DNA of 54,273 nucleotides. It comes from Octopus bimaculoides (taxonomy: Eukaryota). Positions 36,966 through 50,800 of this stretch are shown here, piece after piece; the first letter of the stretch is position 1, and each line of letters begins with the position of its first letter. Below the pieces are notes generated by a model. That model was not told the origin of the DNA. It searched no databases and was given only the letters and a program-made list of their open reading frames with translations. The position numbers and the translations under genes were made by a program. The stretch covers positions 33,508,556-33,562,828 of the forward strand of contig NC_069003.1 in the NCBI RefSeq assembly GCF_001194135.2, written 5' to 3'.

Positions 36966-37689
36966 ATTGTCTCAGAGGCCTTCCAAGTGTCCTTTTCTGA
37001 CCCTTGAATACCACTCAGCAACTGCATGTGTCCACCAGTTGTCTGTGAACCTTGTGACATGTCCAGTCCAGTGGCACTTGTGCTTTTGGTATTCTGCGAT
37101 CATATCAGTCCCTCTCAAATTATCTCATGTCGAATGTGCTCTCTTAACCTTTAACACTGCATTTTCTCCGGAATTGCTTCCCTTGCCATTGCTCTGTTAC
37201 AACTACAGGGGAGAAAACTCATATGGTGACATAATGCACCTACAGTGTGCTAAAGGTTAATAACGTTCCTAGTGTTAGATCTCTCTCCACAGCCTTTTGT
37301 GCCATAGCCAATCAATGTTCTATCCCTTTTGTTGTAGCCCACATCTCACTTACGTATAAGAGTGCAAGCAGGATGGTACTGTTGAGTCTGGTCCCTACAT
37401 ATAACCCTAGATATACACTATGCCTGCCTAAAGAAGGGGTTTCTCACGGACGGAGAAGTTTTGACCATAGGTCATCTAAGTAGGGCTGGCTGTGTTCTGT
37501 CTCAGCCCATGGCCACTTGTCTGTCCAAACTACCATCACCCATTACTGTATCTCAACTATTAAACCCTGCACTGAGTGTAGTAACCAATCCTTTCTCCCC
37601 ATAACTTTAATCCTTCTGGCTGACATTCAAGACAGAACATAAGCCAGGTCAAACTTACAGCCGGGGACAATGTGCCAAAGGTTAAGGTT

Positions 37690-38080
37690 ACTTCACTCCT
37701 CCTCCTCTTACATGTATACAGCCCCTCCTCCTCCTACATGTATACAGCCCCTCATCCTCCTACATGTATACAGCCCCTCCTCTTATTACACATCTACACC
37801 CTCTCCTCCTTTTACTACATGTCTACTCCTTTTCCTCCTCCTTTTATATATTTGATCCCCTTCTTCCTACATGTTGAATTATCCCTTCCTTTCCTACATG
37901 TTTACTCCCCCTCNNNNNNNNNNTTATCCCTTCCTTTCCTACATGTTTACTCCCCCTCCATCTCTCACTACATGCCTACACCCCTCCTCCTCCCACGACA
38001 TGTCTACTCCTCCTCCTCTTGTAACGTATCTATTCTCCTTCTGCCTCCTCCTTATCACATCTCTCCTCCTACTCATCCTC
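37690..38080. repeat. Degenerate CCT-rich minisatellite (~25-40 bp units, ctcctcctacatgtatacagccc)
   Basis: Recurrent ctacatgt(a/t)tac..ccc units; produces the LHVYSP repeats in the ORF track. Confidence 0.7.
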
Positions 38081-38258
38081 TTACTATTTTACAGGAAAAA
38101 AAAACATCGTAAATTATTTTATCAATAAATTTTTTTCCATTTTAATCTATGTCCCCCCACCCAGGTACTAATCATAATGTTAAACAACATCCACTTCCTG
38201 TCAATGTCATCCCTCCCCACCTCCATGATCACTGGTTCATATCTAAAATGTCAAGGTG

Positions 38259-38289
<31 letters not shown>

Positions 38290-38577
38290 AAAACACAATG
38301 ATCAGACTATTGAATATTGTTACACATCACTTGTCACAATGTGCTTTGCATCGTTTTAGCTTTCTAATAATGTCACCAGGTTGTACCCATTTACAGCTGA
38401 GTGGACTGGGGCAATGTGAAATGAAGTGTTTTGTCCAAGAACACAACACACAACTGCTCTGGGAATTGAAACCGCGATCTCACTGTCAAGAGTGCAACAT
38501 CTCTAGCCATTGTTATATATATATATCTCTAGCCATTGTTTTACATATAAAGAGAGAGAGAGAGCTCGAGAGAGGAA

Positions 38578-38622
<45 letters not shown>

Positions 38623-39364
38623 NNNNNNNNNNNNNNNNNNNNNNNNNNNNNNNNNNNNNNNNNNNNNNNNNNNNNNNNNNNNNNNNNNNNNNNNNNNNNN
38701 NNNNNNNNNNNNNNNNNNNNNNNNNNNNNNNNNNNNNNNNNNNNNNNNNNNNNNNNNNNNNNNNNNNNNNNNNNNNNNNNNNNNNNNNNNNNNNNNNNNN
38801 NNNNNNNNNNNNNNNNNNNNNNNNNNNNNNNNNNNNNNNNNNNNNNNNNNNNNNNNNNNNNNNNNNNNNNNNNNNNNNNNNNNNNNNNNNNNNNNNNNNN
38901 NNNNNNNNNNNNNNNNNNNNNNNNNNNNNNNNNNNNNNNNNNNNNNNNNNNNNNNNNNNNNNNNNNNNNNNNNNNNNNNNNNNNNNNNNNNNNNNNNNNN
39001 NNNNNNNNNNNNNNNNNNNNNNNNNNNNNNNNNNNNNNNNNNNNNNNNNNNNNNNNNNNNNNNNNNNNNNNNNNNNNNNNNNNNNNNNNNNNNNNNNNNN
39101 NNNNNNNNNNNNNNNNNNNNNNNNNNNNNNNNNNNNNNNNNNNNNNNNNNNNNNNNNNNNNNNNNNNNNNNNNNNNNNNNNNNNNNNNNNNNNNNNNNNN
39201 NNNNNNNNNNNNNNNNNNNNNNNNNNNNNNNNNNNNNNNNNNNNNNNNNNNNNNNNNNNNNNNNNNNNNNNNNNNNNNNNNNNNNNNNNNNNNNNNNNNN
39301 NNNNNNNNNNNNNNNNNNNNNNNNNNNNNNNNNNNNNNNNNNNNNNNNNNNNNNNNNNNNNNNN

Positions 39365-39409
<45 letters not shown>

Positions 39410-40156
39410 GTGTGCGTGAATGTGTATATAAATAAATGTTAGTAGTTACGGTGATGTCACTAGTTGTTCTTTAATAGTATGTACTAATTCTAAACCGGTT
39501 TCAACAGTAAATTGCTACAAAATGACTCGTTACATTTTAACAATCGTCATCGCAAACAAAGAGCAAGCGTTCTATAATTATATTGACATTAACAATTTAT
39601 TAAGTTTGTTCATTGCTTGAAAGTGGCTGAATAACATCTTAGACGTTAGCAACAGTTCACGTGACATTTTCTTATAGATAACAACCATGTTCTATAATAT
39701 GCTGATCGGATGGGTGGCTGATCCGATGTGGTTGCCCCACAACCAGCTAAACTCTGTGTGTGTGTGTGGTCCTGTAGTTTCTGTTTTAACATAAAGTAAT
39801 TAATAGTAATAGAAACAGTTTCAATACCAAAAGGTAATGTTGTATTAGAATACAGAATATTGCAATAGCTATCATGGTTCAGTGGTTAGAGTGTCAGACT
39901 CACGATCATGCGGTAGTGAGTTCAATTCCAGGGACCAGCTGTGTGTTGTGTTCTTGGAGGGGAACTTTCTCGGTGCAATCCCATGGTCATTCATGACTGA
40001 AGTGGGGATTTTTACCCTTTTGTGTGTGTGTGTGTGTGCGTGTGTGTGTGTGTGTGTGTGTGCATATAGGTGCATTGCTCAGTGGTTAGAGTGTTGGATC
40101 CACAATCATGCGGTAGCCAGTTCGATTCCTGGACCAGCCATCTCTACTCATTTTTT

Positions 40157-40200
<44 letters not shown>

Positions 40201-41768
40201 GCTTCTTTCAGTTTCCATCTACCAAATCCACTCACAAGGCTTTGGTCAGCCCAAAACTATATTAGAAGACACTTGCTCAAGGTGCCACACAATGGACTGA
40301 TTCTAGAACCATGTGGTTGGGAAGCAAGCTTCTTACCATACAAGTACAGCTTTTGACTCCATTTTCTATAAATCCATTCACACAACAAATTCCCATCACT
40401 ACTTTAAGAAACAGCACCAAATCTTGGCTGCCAACCTACCTGTCAATCTACCAAGTCTTTTAATGCATATGGACAATATTTCCAGAACCTGTAATTTCTT
40501 GAATGGTGTATCATAAAAACTTATCCTCTCATTCACTCTTTTCAGCTTACACTCCTGCGACCTTCCCACACTCTCATAAAACCTGCAGGCAGCTTTAAAT
40601 GTTGGTGACATCAAATTCACACTTTCTCTCACTTGTCACCTGACTCTTCTTGTGCAACTACTTTGACCCATCAATTAAATTGCTAAGAAAGCTGGCGCCC
40701 CAGCAATAAACTTCAAGTAATACCTACTAAACCTACTGTCTCCCTTCTTACCACCAACACCGGCAGACAACACTGGAGACGAGGAGGTAGTGGGTTACTA
40801 ATGAGGACTCGACACATTCAGAACACACAAAGAGGATACCAGAAGGAAGATAAAGCAATGCACAAGCAATGCAATTGAATAACAATGGCTATATATATAT
40901 ATATATATATATATATATNNNNNNNNNNNNNNNNNNNNNNNNNNNNNNNNNNNNNNNNNNNNNNNNNNNNNNNNNNNNNNNNNNNNNNNNNNNNNNNNNN
41001 NNNNNNNNNNNNNNNNNNNNNNNNNNNNNNNNNNNNNNNNNNNNNNNNNNNNNNNNNNNNNNNNNNNNNNNNNNNNNNNNNNNNNNNNNNNNNNNNNNNN
41101 NNNNNNNNNNNNNNNNNNNNNNNNNNNNNNNNNNNNNNNNNNNNNNNNNNNNNNNNNNNNNNNNNNNNNNNNNNNNNNNNNNNNNNNNNNNNNNNNNNNN
41201 NNNNNNNNNNNNNNNNNNNNNNNNNNNNNNNNNNNNNNNNNNNNNNNNNNNNNNNNNNNNNNNNNNNNNNNNNNNNNNNNNNNNNNNNNNNNNNNNNNNN
41301 NNNNNNNNNNNNNNNNNNNNNNNNNNNNNNNNNNNNNNNNNNNNNNNNNNNNNNNNNNNNNNNNNNNNNNNNNNNNNNNNNNNNNNNNNNNNNNNNNNNN
41401 NNNNNNNNNNNNNNNNNNNNNNNNNNNNNNNNNNNNNNNNNNNNNNNNNNNNNNNNNNNNNNNNNNNNNNNNNNNNNNNNNNNNNNNNNNNNNNNNNNNN
41501 NNNNNNNNNNNNNNNNNNNNNNNNNNNNNNNNNNNNNNNNNNNNNNNNNNNNNNNNNNNNNNNNNNNNNNNNNNNNNNNNNNNNNNNNNNNNNNNNNNNN
41601 NNNNNNNNNNNNNNNNNNNNNNNNNNNNNNNNNNNNNNNNNNNNNNNNNNNNNNNNNNNNNNNNNNNNNNNNNNNNNNNNNNNNNNNNNNNNNNNNNNNN
41701 NNNNNNNNNNNNNNNNNNNNNNNNNNNNNNNNNNNNNNNNNNNNNNNNNNNNNNNNNNNNNNNNNNNN

Positions 41769-42025
41769 GCCCCTGGACTGGCTCTTGTGCGGGTGGCACA
41801 TAAAATACACTATTTTGAGCGTGACCGTTGTGCTGGTGGCACGTAAAAGCACCCACTACACTCTCTGAGTGGTTGGCATTAGGAAGGGCATCCAGCTGTA
41901 GAAACTCTGCCAAATCAGATTGGAGCCTGGTGTTGCCATCCGGTTTCACCAGTCCTCAGTCAAATCGTCCAACCCATGCTAGCATGGATAGCGGACATTA
42001 AACAACGATGATGATGATGATGATG
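41769..42025 (+). mobile_element. RTE-type family C copy (5' part in gap)
   Basis: gtggcacgtaaaagcacccactacactctctgagtggttggcattaggaagggcatcc...aacaacgatgatgatg. Confidence 0.8.
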
Positions 42026-42529
42026 ATATATATATATATATATATATATGTATTATATATGCATACATACCCATATTCACACAGGCCAATTATGCACACA
42101 TCTGCCACTGGAAACCATGTGCTTTTCTCCTCACTGTTCATTCTTTCCTCTTTCTCCTCTTCTCTGAACTTTCTCACACTATCCAACAAAGAGCCAGGCT
42201 CAAAATGTCAGATTTTACTTCTAATTTCTTCTCTAAAACTTTCGCTGAGTGTCAAACTAACAGATTCACCATACGTACATCTACCGTCGTTTTTGACCTT
42301 TGTCATTTTTGCTTTTGAACACACCATTTGTCACAAATTTACAATTGTAATACACGCACACACACACACATACATACACACTTACACAATGTTTGTTTTC
42401 TATGTCAAGTTATAATAAAAACAATTTTACATTAAACTGAAGGATTGCACAATACTTTTTGTAGATTACAAATTTCTTCTTCTCTAAGAGTACTCTTGAC
42501 AGTGACTTCAACATTTTAATCTGCTCAGC

Positions 42530-42573
<44 letters not shown>

Positions 42574-43756
42574 ATATGTATGTATATGATGATGATGATA
42601 CACAACAACAGCCTTGTGAAAAAGGAAATGAGAAATCTCATGGCAGATGTATACACTTTATTGTGGCTGTGAAATAATGTAAGGAATAAAGTCAACGACA
42701 GCTGTTAATTCTATTTGTATGCTGCCTATGTATGGTTTAACACTCCAGTGTAGCTGTGCCCAACCGTTTTTTACACCAAGAATTGGTTTCATATCTTTCC
42801 ATGGTGGATATGAAAATCCATATCCATAGGAGATACTGAAAAAGCATTGCAGAAACAGAAAAATATCAATTCTATTTTTTGATGGATAATTAACATCGTT
42901 ATGGGAATGACCATGAAATTTAATTACAGAATCAAAGGGTTATGAAAGACAGTGTCAAAAAACCTTCCTCATGATGGGAGTTATTGCTTGCTGTGGCCCT
43001 AAAAACTAAACTGATGGGAATGGGGTAGGACTATAGCTGAGAAAAGCATGGAATAACGAAGCTGAAGCACTTTTAATAAAAAAAAAAAAAAACCCACCAA
43101 TGCAGTTTAGAGCTTATCCTACTGAATCAATGAAACACATAATGGAAGATATGGAAACTCATCCAGTTATAATGCCATGGGGTTNNNNNNNNNNNNNNNN
43201 NNNNNNNNNNNNNNNNNNNNNNNNNNNNNNNNNNNNNNNNNNNNNNNNNNNNNNNNNNNNNNNNNNNNNNNNNNNNNNNNNNNNNNNNNNNNNNNNNNNN
43301 NNNNNNNNNNNNNNNNNNNNNNNNNNNNNNNNNNNNNNNNNNNNNNNNNNNNNNNNNNNNNNNNNNNNNNNNNNNNNNNNNNNNNNNNNNNNNNNNNNNN
43401 NNNNNNNNNNNNNNNNNNNNNNNNNNNNNNNNNNNNNNNNNNNNNNNNNNNNNNNNNNNNNNNNNNNNNNNNNNNNNNNNNNNNNNNNNNNNNNNNNNNN
43501 NNNNNNNNNNNNNNNNNNNNNNNNNNNNNNNNNNNNNNNNNNNNNNNNNNNNNNNNNNNNNNNNNNNNNNNNNNNNNNNNNNNNNNNNNNNNNNNNNNNN
43601 NNNNNNNNNNNNNNNNNNNNNNNNNNNNNNNNNNNNNNNNNNNNNNNNNNNNNNNNNNNNNNNNNNNNNNNNNNNNNNNNNNNNNNNNNNNNNNNNNNNN
43701 NNNNNNNNNNNNNNNNNNNNNNNNNNNNNNNNNNNNNNNNNNNNNNNNNNNNNNNN

Positions 43757-43799
<43 letters not shown>

Positions 43800-44039
43800 A
43801 TATATCTATATATAGGTTTCTGGTCATACGGGGAGAGGGCAGTGGTGTAGAAAGAAAATATAAGTGGCCCAGGGAAGAAGAAACAAAGAGAGGAAAAAGA
43901 AAGGAAAAGTAAAAAAGAAGAAACAACAGAAAATGAAACAAGTGGAGACTAATGAAGAGGGAGTCAGAAGAAGATGAAACGGAATGTTTTTGATGGGAGC
44001 TCCTACTTTAGTCTCCCCAATCAAAACTCTCCCTTCAAG

Positions 44040-44170
44040 CGTTCTGTGTCCTTAAGGAAACTCCAGCTAAGTCACAAATATTTACTCACAATCAAACTGT
44101 ATTGACAACTTGCTGGAGGATACTGGTATGGAAGGGGTACAGGAGCTGAGGACCATTATGGAAAGAACCC
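44040..44170 (+). pseudogene. Possible RTE/RTE-X ORF2 C-terminal relic
   Basis: 44098-44166 reads CIDNLLEDTGMEGVQELRTIMER, resembling the YxDxLxxDTG...EL...MxDR end of RTE-X ORF2 (recalled pattern, not searched). Confidence 0.4.
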
Positions 44171-45317
44171 CAAAGATCACAGGTCATCCTGCTCATCAGG
44201 AGCACCAAGGCACCTGTTTCTCTCTCTTCTGTAATTTTCAGCCTACAGGTGCATCCTTAGAGTAGGTTCATTCACATGTGCAATTTTTATTACATTCACC
44301 CACCTTTTCACAAATTAAGTGGGGTTAGGGGTGGTGGTGGCATATACCTACATATACATATGTATAGATATACATATGTGTATATACAAATATACATATG
44401 TATTGATGCAAATATATATATATATGTATATATGTATAGATACACACACACACATATGTATAGATACACACACACATACAAATACACATGTATAGATATA
44501 CATGTGTATGTATACAAATATACACGTGTATAGATATACATGTATATTTCTATACGTGTCGCTGTCATGGTTGCTCTTTGTGTGTTGCCGTCACGGGTAC
44601 CCTTTACGCGTCGCTGTCACAGGTGCCTTTTATGTGTCGCCATGACAGGTGTCTTTTACATATCACTGGCACAGTCCACGAATATTTTGTTTTCAAATTT
44701 TGGCACAAGGCCAGAAAGTCTAGGGGTGGAGATAAGTCAACTACATCGACCCTAGTATCCAACTGGTACACTCTGAAAGGATGAAAGGCAAAGCCAACCT
44801 CAGAACGTGAAGATGACCAAAATGCTGCTAAGCACTTTACCTAGCCTGCTCACCTGTCTGCCACCTCACCATTTAAATAGGGCAATTTTGCATTTCCAGA
44901 GCCTTATGAAAATGTGTTTATTTACCTTGTCAAAGGTAATTTTGTGAGTAAGTGTTATCTAAATACTTAATACAAATAATAAATGGATGTCAAGTCTTAA
45001 AATAGTTGTACCAACCTATCATTAACCTATTAATAATGGGTTTGCACAAATAATTGTCCACATCCATCATTAACCACAACCAGTAGAAAGGGTGAAATGA
45101 GATGGAAAAAGATATAATTCAGAAGAAAATTAATTGTATTTCGTTTATTTTGGCCTTTAATAACTCTAGTAATTACTTCTATAAGCATAAACACACACTT
45201 GGCTAATTAACAGCCATGTTAATCAGGAATGAAAACTGATTCGTTAAGGAAACTTATGTTTTGGATGCAACCTGTTGGAAATAATTATCCAAACACCTCA
45301 AAGAAATACTCCTTACT

Positions 45318-45560
45318 TTATTTACATTATTTACCTTTGATGGATATTTGTCCTCATCTTGTTTGTTGTTAACACGTTTCGGCTGATATACCCTCCAGCC
45401 TTCATCAGGTGTCTTGGGGAAATTTCGAACCCAGGTTCTCATTCCTAAGGTATTTTTCGATATTATTATTATTATTATTTAGGTCACTGCCTGGAATTGA
45501 ACTTGGAATCTTGGGGTTAGTAGCCCGTGCTCTTAACCACTATGCCATATGCCCATGGGC
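45318..45560 (-). mobile_element. Complete SINE family D copy (tRNA head, AAT run, hammerhead-like tail)
   Basis: Head tggcatagtggttaagagcacgggctactaaccccaagattccaagttcaattccagg; hammerhead-like segment at 45413-45371. Confidence 0.9.
45371..45413 (-). ncRNA. Family D hammerhead variant with an intact CUGAUGA/GAAAC core but no NUH triplet
   Basis: GACAC-CUGAUGA-A-GGCUG..CAGCC-GAAAC-GUGUU; 3 nt shorter than the 7716 copy. Confidence 0.6.
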
Positions 45561-45564
45561 ATAT

Positions 45565-46085
45565 TTGAACTCAGAACGTAGCGACGAGTGAAATACCGCT
45601 AAGCATTTTGTCCAGCGTGTGAACAATTCTGCCAGCTCATTAACTTTTTAATCATAATCCTTTCTATTAAGGGTACAAAGCCTGGGACTAGTTGATTACA
45701 TCGACCCCAGTGCTTAACTGGTACTTAATTTCTTGACCCCAAAAGGATGAAAAGCGAAGTCGACTTCAGTGGAATTTGAACTCCGAACATAAAGGCAGAT
45801 GAAAGTATTTTGCCCAGTGTGCTAATGATTCTGCCAGCTTGATGCTTTAATAATAATAATAATAATAATCCTTTCTACTATAGGCACAAGGCCTGAAATT
45901 TGAGGGGAGGGGATTAGTCAATTACATAGACCCCAGTGTTTCACTGGTACTTATTTCATTGACTCCTAGATGGATGAAAGGCAAAGTTGACCTCAGCGGA
46001 ATTTTGCACTCAGAAAGTAAAGTCAGATGAAATGCCGCCAAGCATTTTGCCTGGCATGCTAACAATTCTTCCAGCTCACTGCCTT
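45565..46085 (-). mobile_element. Three stacked SINE family A copies/fragments
   Basis: Repeated atttgaactcagaac...ctgccagct segments at ~45565, ~45775 and ~46005. Confidence 0.75.
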
Positions 46086-47074
46086 AATAATAATTATAAT
46101 GAACGAATATAACATCAGTGGAAAATTTTCGAACATATAAAAATAGAAAAAAAAAAAAAAAAAAAAAAAAAAAAAANNNNNNNNNNNNNNNNNNNNNNNN
46201 NNNNNNNNNNNNNNNNNNNNNNNNNNNNNNNNNNNNNNNNNNNNNNNNNNNNNNNNNNNNNNNNNNNNNNNNNNNNNNNNNNNNNNNNNNNNNNNNNNNN
46301 NNNNNNNNNNNNNNNNNNNNNNNNNNNNNNNNNNNNNNNNNNNNNNNNNNNNNNNNNNNNNNNNNNNNNNNNNNNNNNNNNNNNNNNNNNNNNNNNNNNN
46401 NNNNNNNNNNNNNNNNNNNNNNNNNNNNNNNNNNNNNNATATATATGTATGTGTGTGTGTGTGTCTGTGTTTGTCCCCCCAACATCGCTTGACAACCAAT
46501 GCTGGTGTGTTTACGTCCCCGTAACTTAGCGGTTCGGCAAAAAGAGACCGATAGAATAAGTACTAGGCTTACAAAAGAATAAGTCCTGGGGTCGATTTGA
46601 GCTCGACTAAAGTCGGTGCTCCAGCATGACCGCAGTCAAATGACTGAAACAAGTAATGAATAAAGAGAGAGTATGATCCAAAATCGATTTCCAACAACGT
46701 CTTATAATAATAATTATGAGAAAGTCATAAAAAGTTTAAATTTCTATTTGCCTAACTTTATTTCTTTATTATGTATATTCATGTCCCAATTTGCCTAACG
46801 TTAAGGCCTAGATTGCCTAACTTTATGAAATTTGCCTAGCCTTAGGACATGAGTATACGTAATACAGAAATGTAGTTTTTTTTAATAGAAATTCTGAATT
46901 TTCTCATAATTATTATTATAATTACAAGACACGGTAGGAAATCAATTTTCCGCCATGTGTAATATTTAAAAGAAAATTTTATGGTGGGGCACAAAAACAA
47001 GTCTTTTCAAAAAACATCAGAAAAACCAGGATTTTTGTTATTGTATATAGGTGTGTATATAAATACACACACCA

Positions 47075-47500
47075 AGGCGTGGCTGCTTGGTTAGGCACTT
47101 ACTATGTTAACCATAGTACTGGGTTCAGTCCTATTGTGTGGCACCTTGGGCAATATAATATCTTCTACTATAGTTTCGGGCTAACCAAAGTCTTGTGAGT
47201 GGATTTAGTTGGTGGAAACTGAAAGAAACCCATCGTGTGTGTGTGTGTGTGTATATATATGTGTCTCTCTCTCTCTCTCTCTCTCTCTTTGTGTCAGTGT
47301 GTCCCTCACCTCCGCTTGACAATCGGTGATCGTGTGTTTACGTCCCTGTAACTTAGCAGTCGGTTCGGCAAAAGAGACCGATAGAGTAAGTACCAGGCTC
47401 CCCCACCCACCCAAAAAAAGTACAGGGGTCGAATCATTCGACTACAACAAATTGCTCCAGATGGTGCCCTAACATGGTCGCAGTCTAACAAGTAAAAGAT
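47075..47500 (+). mobile_element. Near full-length tRNA/CORE SINE family G
   Basis: tRNA-like head with gggttcagtcc, CORE-like ggcaccttgggcaa, internal (GT)(CT)n, and 3' gtttacgtccctgtaacttagc...gtcgcagtc. 3' halves also at 35522-35700(-), 35958-36105(+), 46440-46660(+), 50425-50600(-). Confidence 0.8.
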
Positions 47501-47517
47501 AAAATATTGTCACTCAT

Positions 47518-47780
47518 TTTGGTCGATGCAGACATTAAAAGTTATAAAAGAAGACAAGGAAAAACAAACAAACAAAAGAAACCAACAGTGGTCGCTTACC
47601 TGGATTATTGTTACAGTACAAGTGTGTATAACACACACATATATATATAGAGTGATCTGTTTGGTCGAAGCAGACATTAAAAGTTGTAAAAGAAGTTTAA
47701 AGAATATAAAAATAAAAAAACACGACTATGAACGGTTACTTACCAGGATTTTTATAACAGTACAGGTGTATATATAAACA
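47518..47780. repeat. Direct tandem duplication with ~142-bp period, each unit carrying a minus-strand splice-donor consensus
   Basis: tttggtcga(t/a)gcagacattaaaagtt(a/g)taaaagaag at 47518 and 47660; cttacc at 47595-47600 and 47739-47744. Confidence 0.75.
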
Positions 47781-48042
47781 TACGTACGCATATATGTTGT
47801 CATATATATGTATACGTACAGTTATATAATATATATACGATACATATTTATATATATGATGTATATATCTGTGATACAATATACATATATATATTGTATA
47901 TTATATATCCTTTGGTTGGTTAATTAAACTCCAGATATGCAAGTCTTCGTATCTATAATACTGTTACGTTTAATATCCACGACAAGGGTTAGAATAATTA
48001 CGAATGTTAAGTTCGATATTTCGATATACACAATGTATATAT

Positions 48043-48084
<42 letters not shown>

Positions 48085-49644
48085 CACGCTTGTGTATATA
48101 TATAAATATATATTTTGTTCTTGCAACGGCGGTTTATCACCGTCGTGAAAGAAAGAAAAGACGCCTAACTTTTGTCTCTACCTGAAGTCGATGTTGCACC
48201 TGAGACACCCCCCTTCCTTCGTCTCTCTCTCTCTCCCCCATTTGCTTGCGATCCACTTCCGTCTAGGTGGCTTATGGCTTGCTTTCTCTCCCTCTCTCTG
48301 TCTTTCTTCCCCTCTCGCTTGCTCTTTTCTCCCCCTCTCTCTCTCTCTCACATACACAAACAAACACAATATATCTCTCTTACACATATAGACTTTTCTC
48401 CCCCTCTCTCACATACATGCTTTCTCTCTCTCTCTCTCTCCTCACACACGCGCGCGCCCACAAACGCACTTAGACAAACAAATACATACACACACGAACA
48501 CAACGCCCCTCGCATTGTTTTTATTACCTGTACGTTACATCTCCCTTGGTTCCCACTCTCTCTCTCTCTCTACCTACATATATATACCTACTTATATACT
48601 CATAAATACATACATACATACATATATATACACATATATATTTATATACACACATATATATATGTATGTATACATACATACATATACACATACATATAAA
48701 TATAGATATACACACACACCTGTCTACTCGTCTAGTCTATATTTTCTCTTGGTTTATTTTTTCTCTTTCATTAAAACTACAGGACAGCAGGTGTAAGCAT
48801 ACAGCTGAACAAGTCTGACGCATGCGTATGAAGGCTGTTTTGGATTTGTGTGTTTTTTTTTCCTTTTTGTTATCCTCGTCACCAACTTGTTATCGCGCAC
48901 ACTTTTAGGTTCAAACACACATGTGGGGAATTACAAAGTCTGCCAGTTTACAAGTGTATTGTTCAAACGTCTACATTCCAACACACACACACACACACAC
49001 ACAATCAATATCAGTTGGTACAGTGATATCGCAACTCATTTCTACAGCTGAGTGAACTGAAGCAACATAAAATAAAGTGTCTTGCTCAAGAACACAACAC
49101 ACATCCCGGTCCGGGAATCGAAATTAGATAATTGTTGAAATAAATCGGAAAATTATGTACGGACTTCCACCAATTTAACTAATTGCTCTTATTACTATGC
49201 CACCAAAGCAGCAAGCTGGCAAAATGGTTACCGCGCCGAGCAAAATGTTTGGCGTCATTTCGTCCGTCTTTATGTTCTGAGCTCAAATTCCACCGAGGTC
49301 GACTTTGCCTTTCTTCCTTTGGGGTTCGATAAAGTAAGTTCCAGTTGAGCACTGGGGCAATGTAATCGACTCACCTCGTCTCCCTAAATTGTTGGCTTTG
49401 TGCCAAAATTCGAAACTAATTATTATTATGCAACTAATTATATTTATGTATGTGTCTGTATGCATGAGTATAACTGTATGTGAAATTCTATATATATATA
49501 TATGCGTGCTTGTATGTTAACATATGTAATTACACAGGTATGTGTGTGTGTGTTTGCGTACGTGTTAGCCCCAAAGCACCACTTGATACCTGGTGTTGGT
49601 TTGTTCCCATCAACTCAGATTTAGCATGCAAACATCATTTAGAA

Positions 49645-49935
49645 CAGTGGTTTTCAACCAGGGTCCATATAAGATTACTGGGGTCCACGGGGATCCACAA
49701 TTGTATATCAAAGGCCCCTAAAAAAAAATTTGCTTTAGATATATGTATTGGTATGTATCTTTCTCTGTTTTACGTAGTTCAACCTACACAAGTTAATGTG
49801 TGAAAAGCAAAATCAGAATTTTGAAAGAAATTTCTATAAAACTAGTTTATAAACATTGAATGGTTATGGTGGTCCACCAGAGTAAAATACGAATCAAAGG
49901 GTTCCATAGGTTAAAAAAATGATTGAGAACGCCTG
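49645..49935. mobile_element. hAT/Charlie-type MITE (291 bp)
   Basis: TIRs cagtggttttcaac / gattgagaacgcctg; degenerate 8-bp TSD atttagaa / ttttagag; related right end at ~25620-25693. Confidence 0.7.
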
Positions 49936-50759
49936 TTTTAGAGGTCTACAAAGATTTGAAATGCAAGGGACATAACTCCAATAAAAAGACAATAAAACTT
50001 TGGGTATTTATAAATAGTTTGAATTAACTCCCTTGCACGCTTTTCGTTAAGGCTTGTGTTTACGCATCCATAAAATGAACTTTTCTAATTTTTTGTATTT
50101 AAAATTTTTTGTTTTTATTTTACTTGTTTCACTCATTTGAATGTGGCCATGGTACTTATTCTATCGGTCTCTTTTGCCGAGTCGCTTTTTGTTCGTCATC
50201 TGATTGAAATGCACCTGATAAATGGTCTAGTTCTCAGCTGGAAAATAGCGAAATAAATTAATGGTTCGACTTGGAAGCCCTTGGCATCTGCGTTTAGAAA
50301 GATTGGTGGTTTTTATTACAAAACACGTGCGCGCACACTGTCACGCACACGCACACAGGGGATTATGTAGATAGGGTTAAGCACATCTGTATTTACACAC
50401 ACACACACACACACTCATTCATATATTCTTTTACTTGTTTCAGTCATTTGACTGCGGCCATGCTGGAGCACCGCCTTTAGTCGAGTAAATCGACCCCAGG
50501 ACTTATTCTTTGTAAGCCTTGTACGTATTCTATCGAAATCTTTTTGCCGAACCGCCAGTTGACAGGGACGTAAACACACCATCATCGGTTGTCAAGCGAT
50601 TCACAAATAACAAATATATACATGCANNNNNNNNNNNNNNNNNNNNNNNNNNNNNNNNNNNNNNNNNNNNNNNNNNNNNNNNNNNNNNNNNNNNNNNNNN
50701 NNNNNNNNNNNNNNNNNNNNNNNNNNNNNNNNNNNNNNNNNNNNNNNNNNNNNNNNNNN

Positions 50760-50799
<40 letters not shown>

Positions 50800-50800
<1 letters not shown>

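Noticed and set aside
37672-38112. 146-aa Pro/Ser/Tyr-rich ORF (extensin-like)
   Set aside because: Translation of a CCT-rich minisatellite containing an internal gap
46740-46845. Four TTGCCTAAC-like repeats (similar short arrays of gcaactacaaggggg at 6830-6890)
   Set aside because: Probably transposon subterminal repeats, but no TIR/TSD pair could be defined
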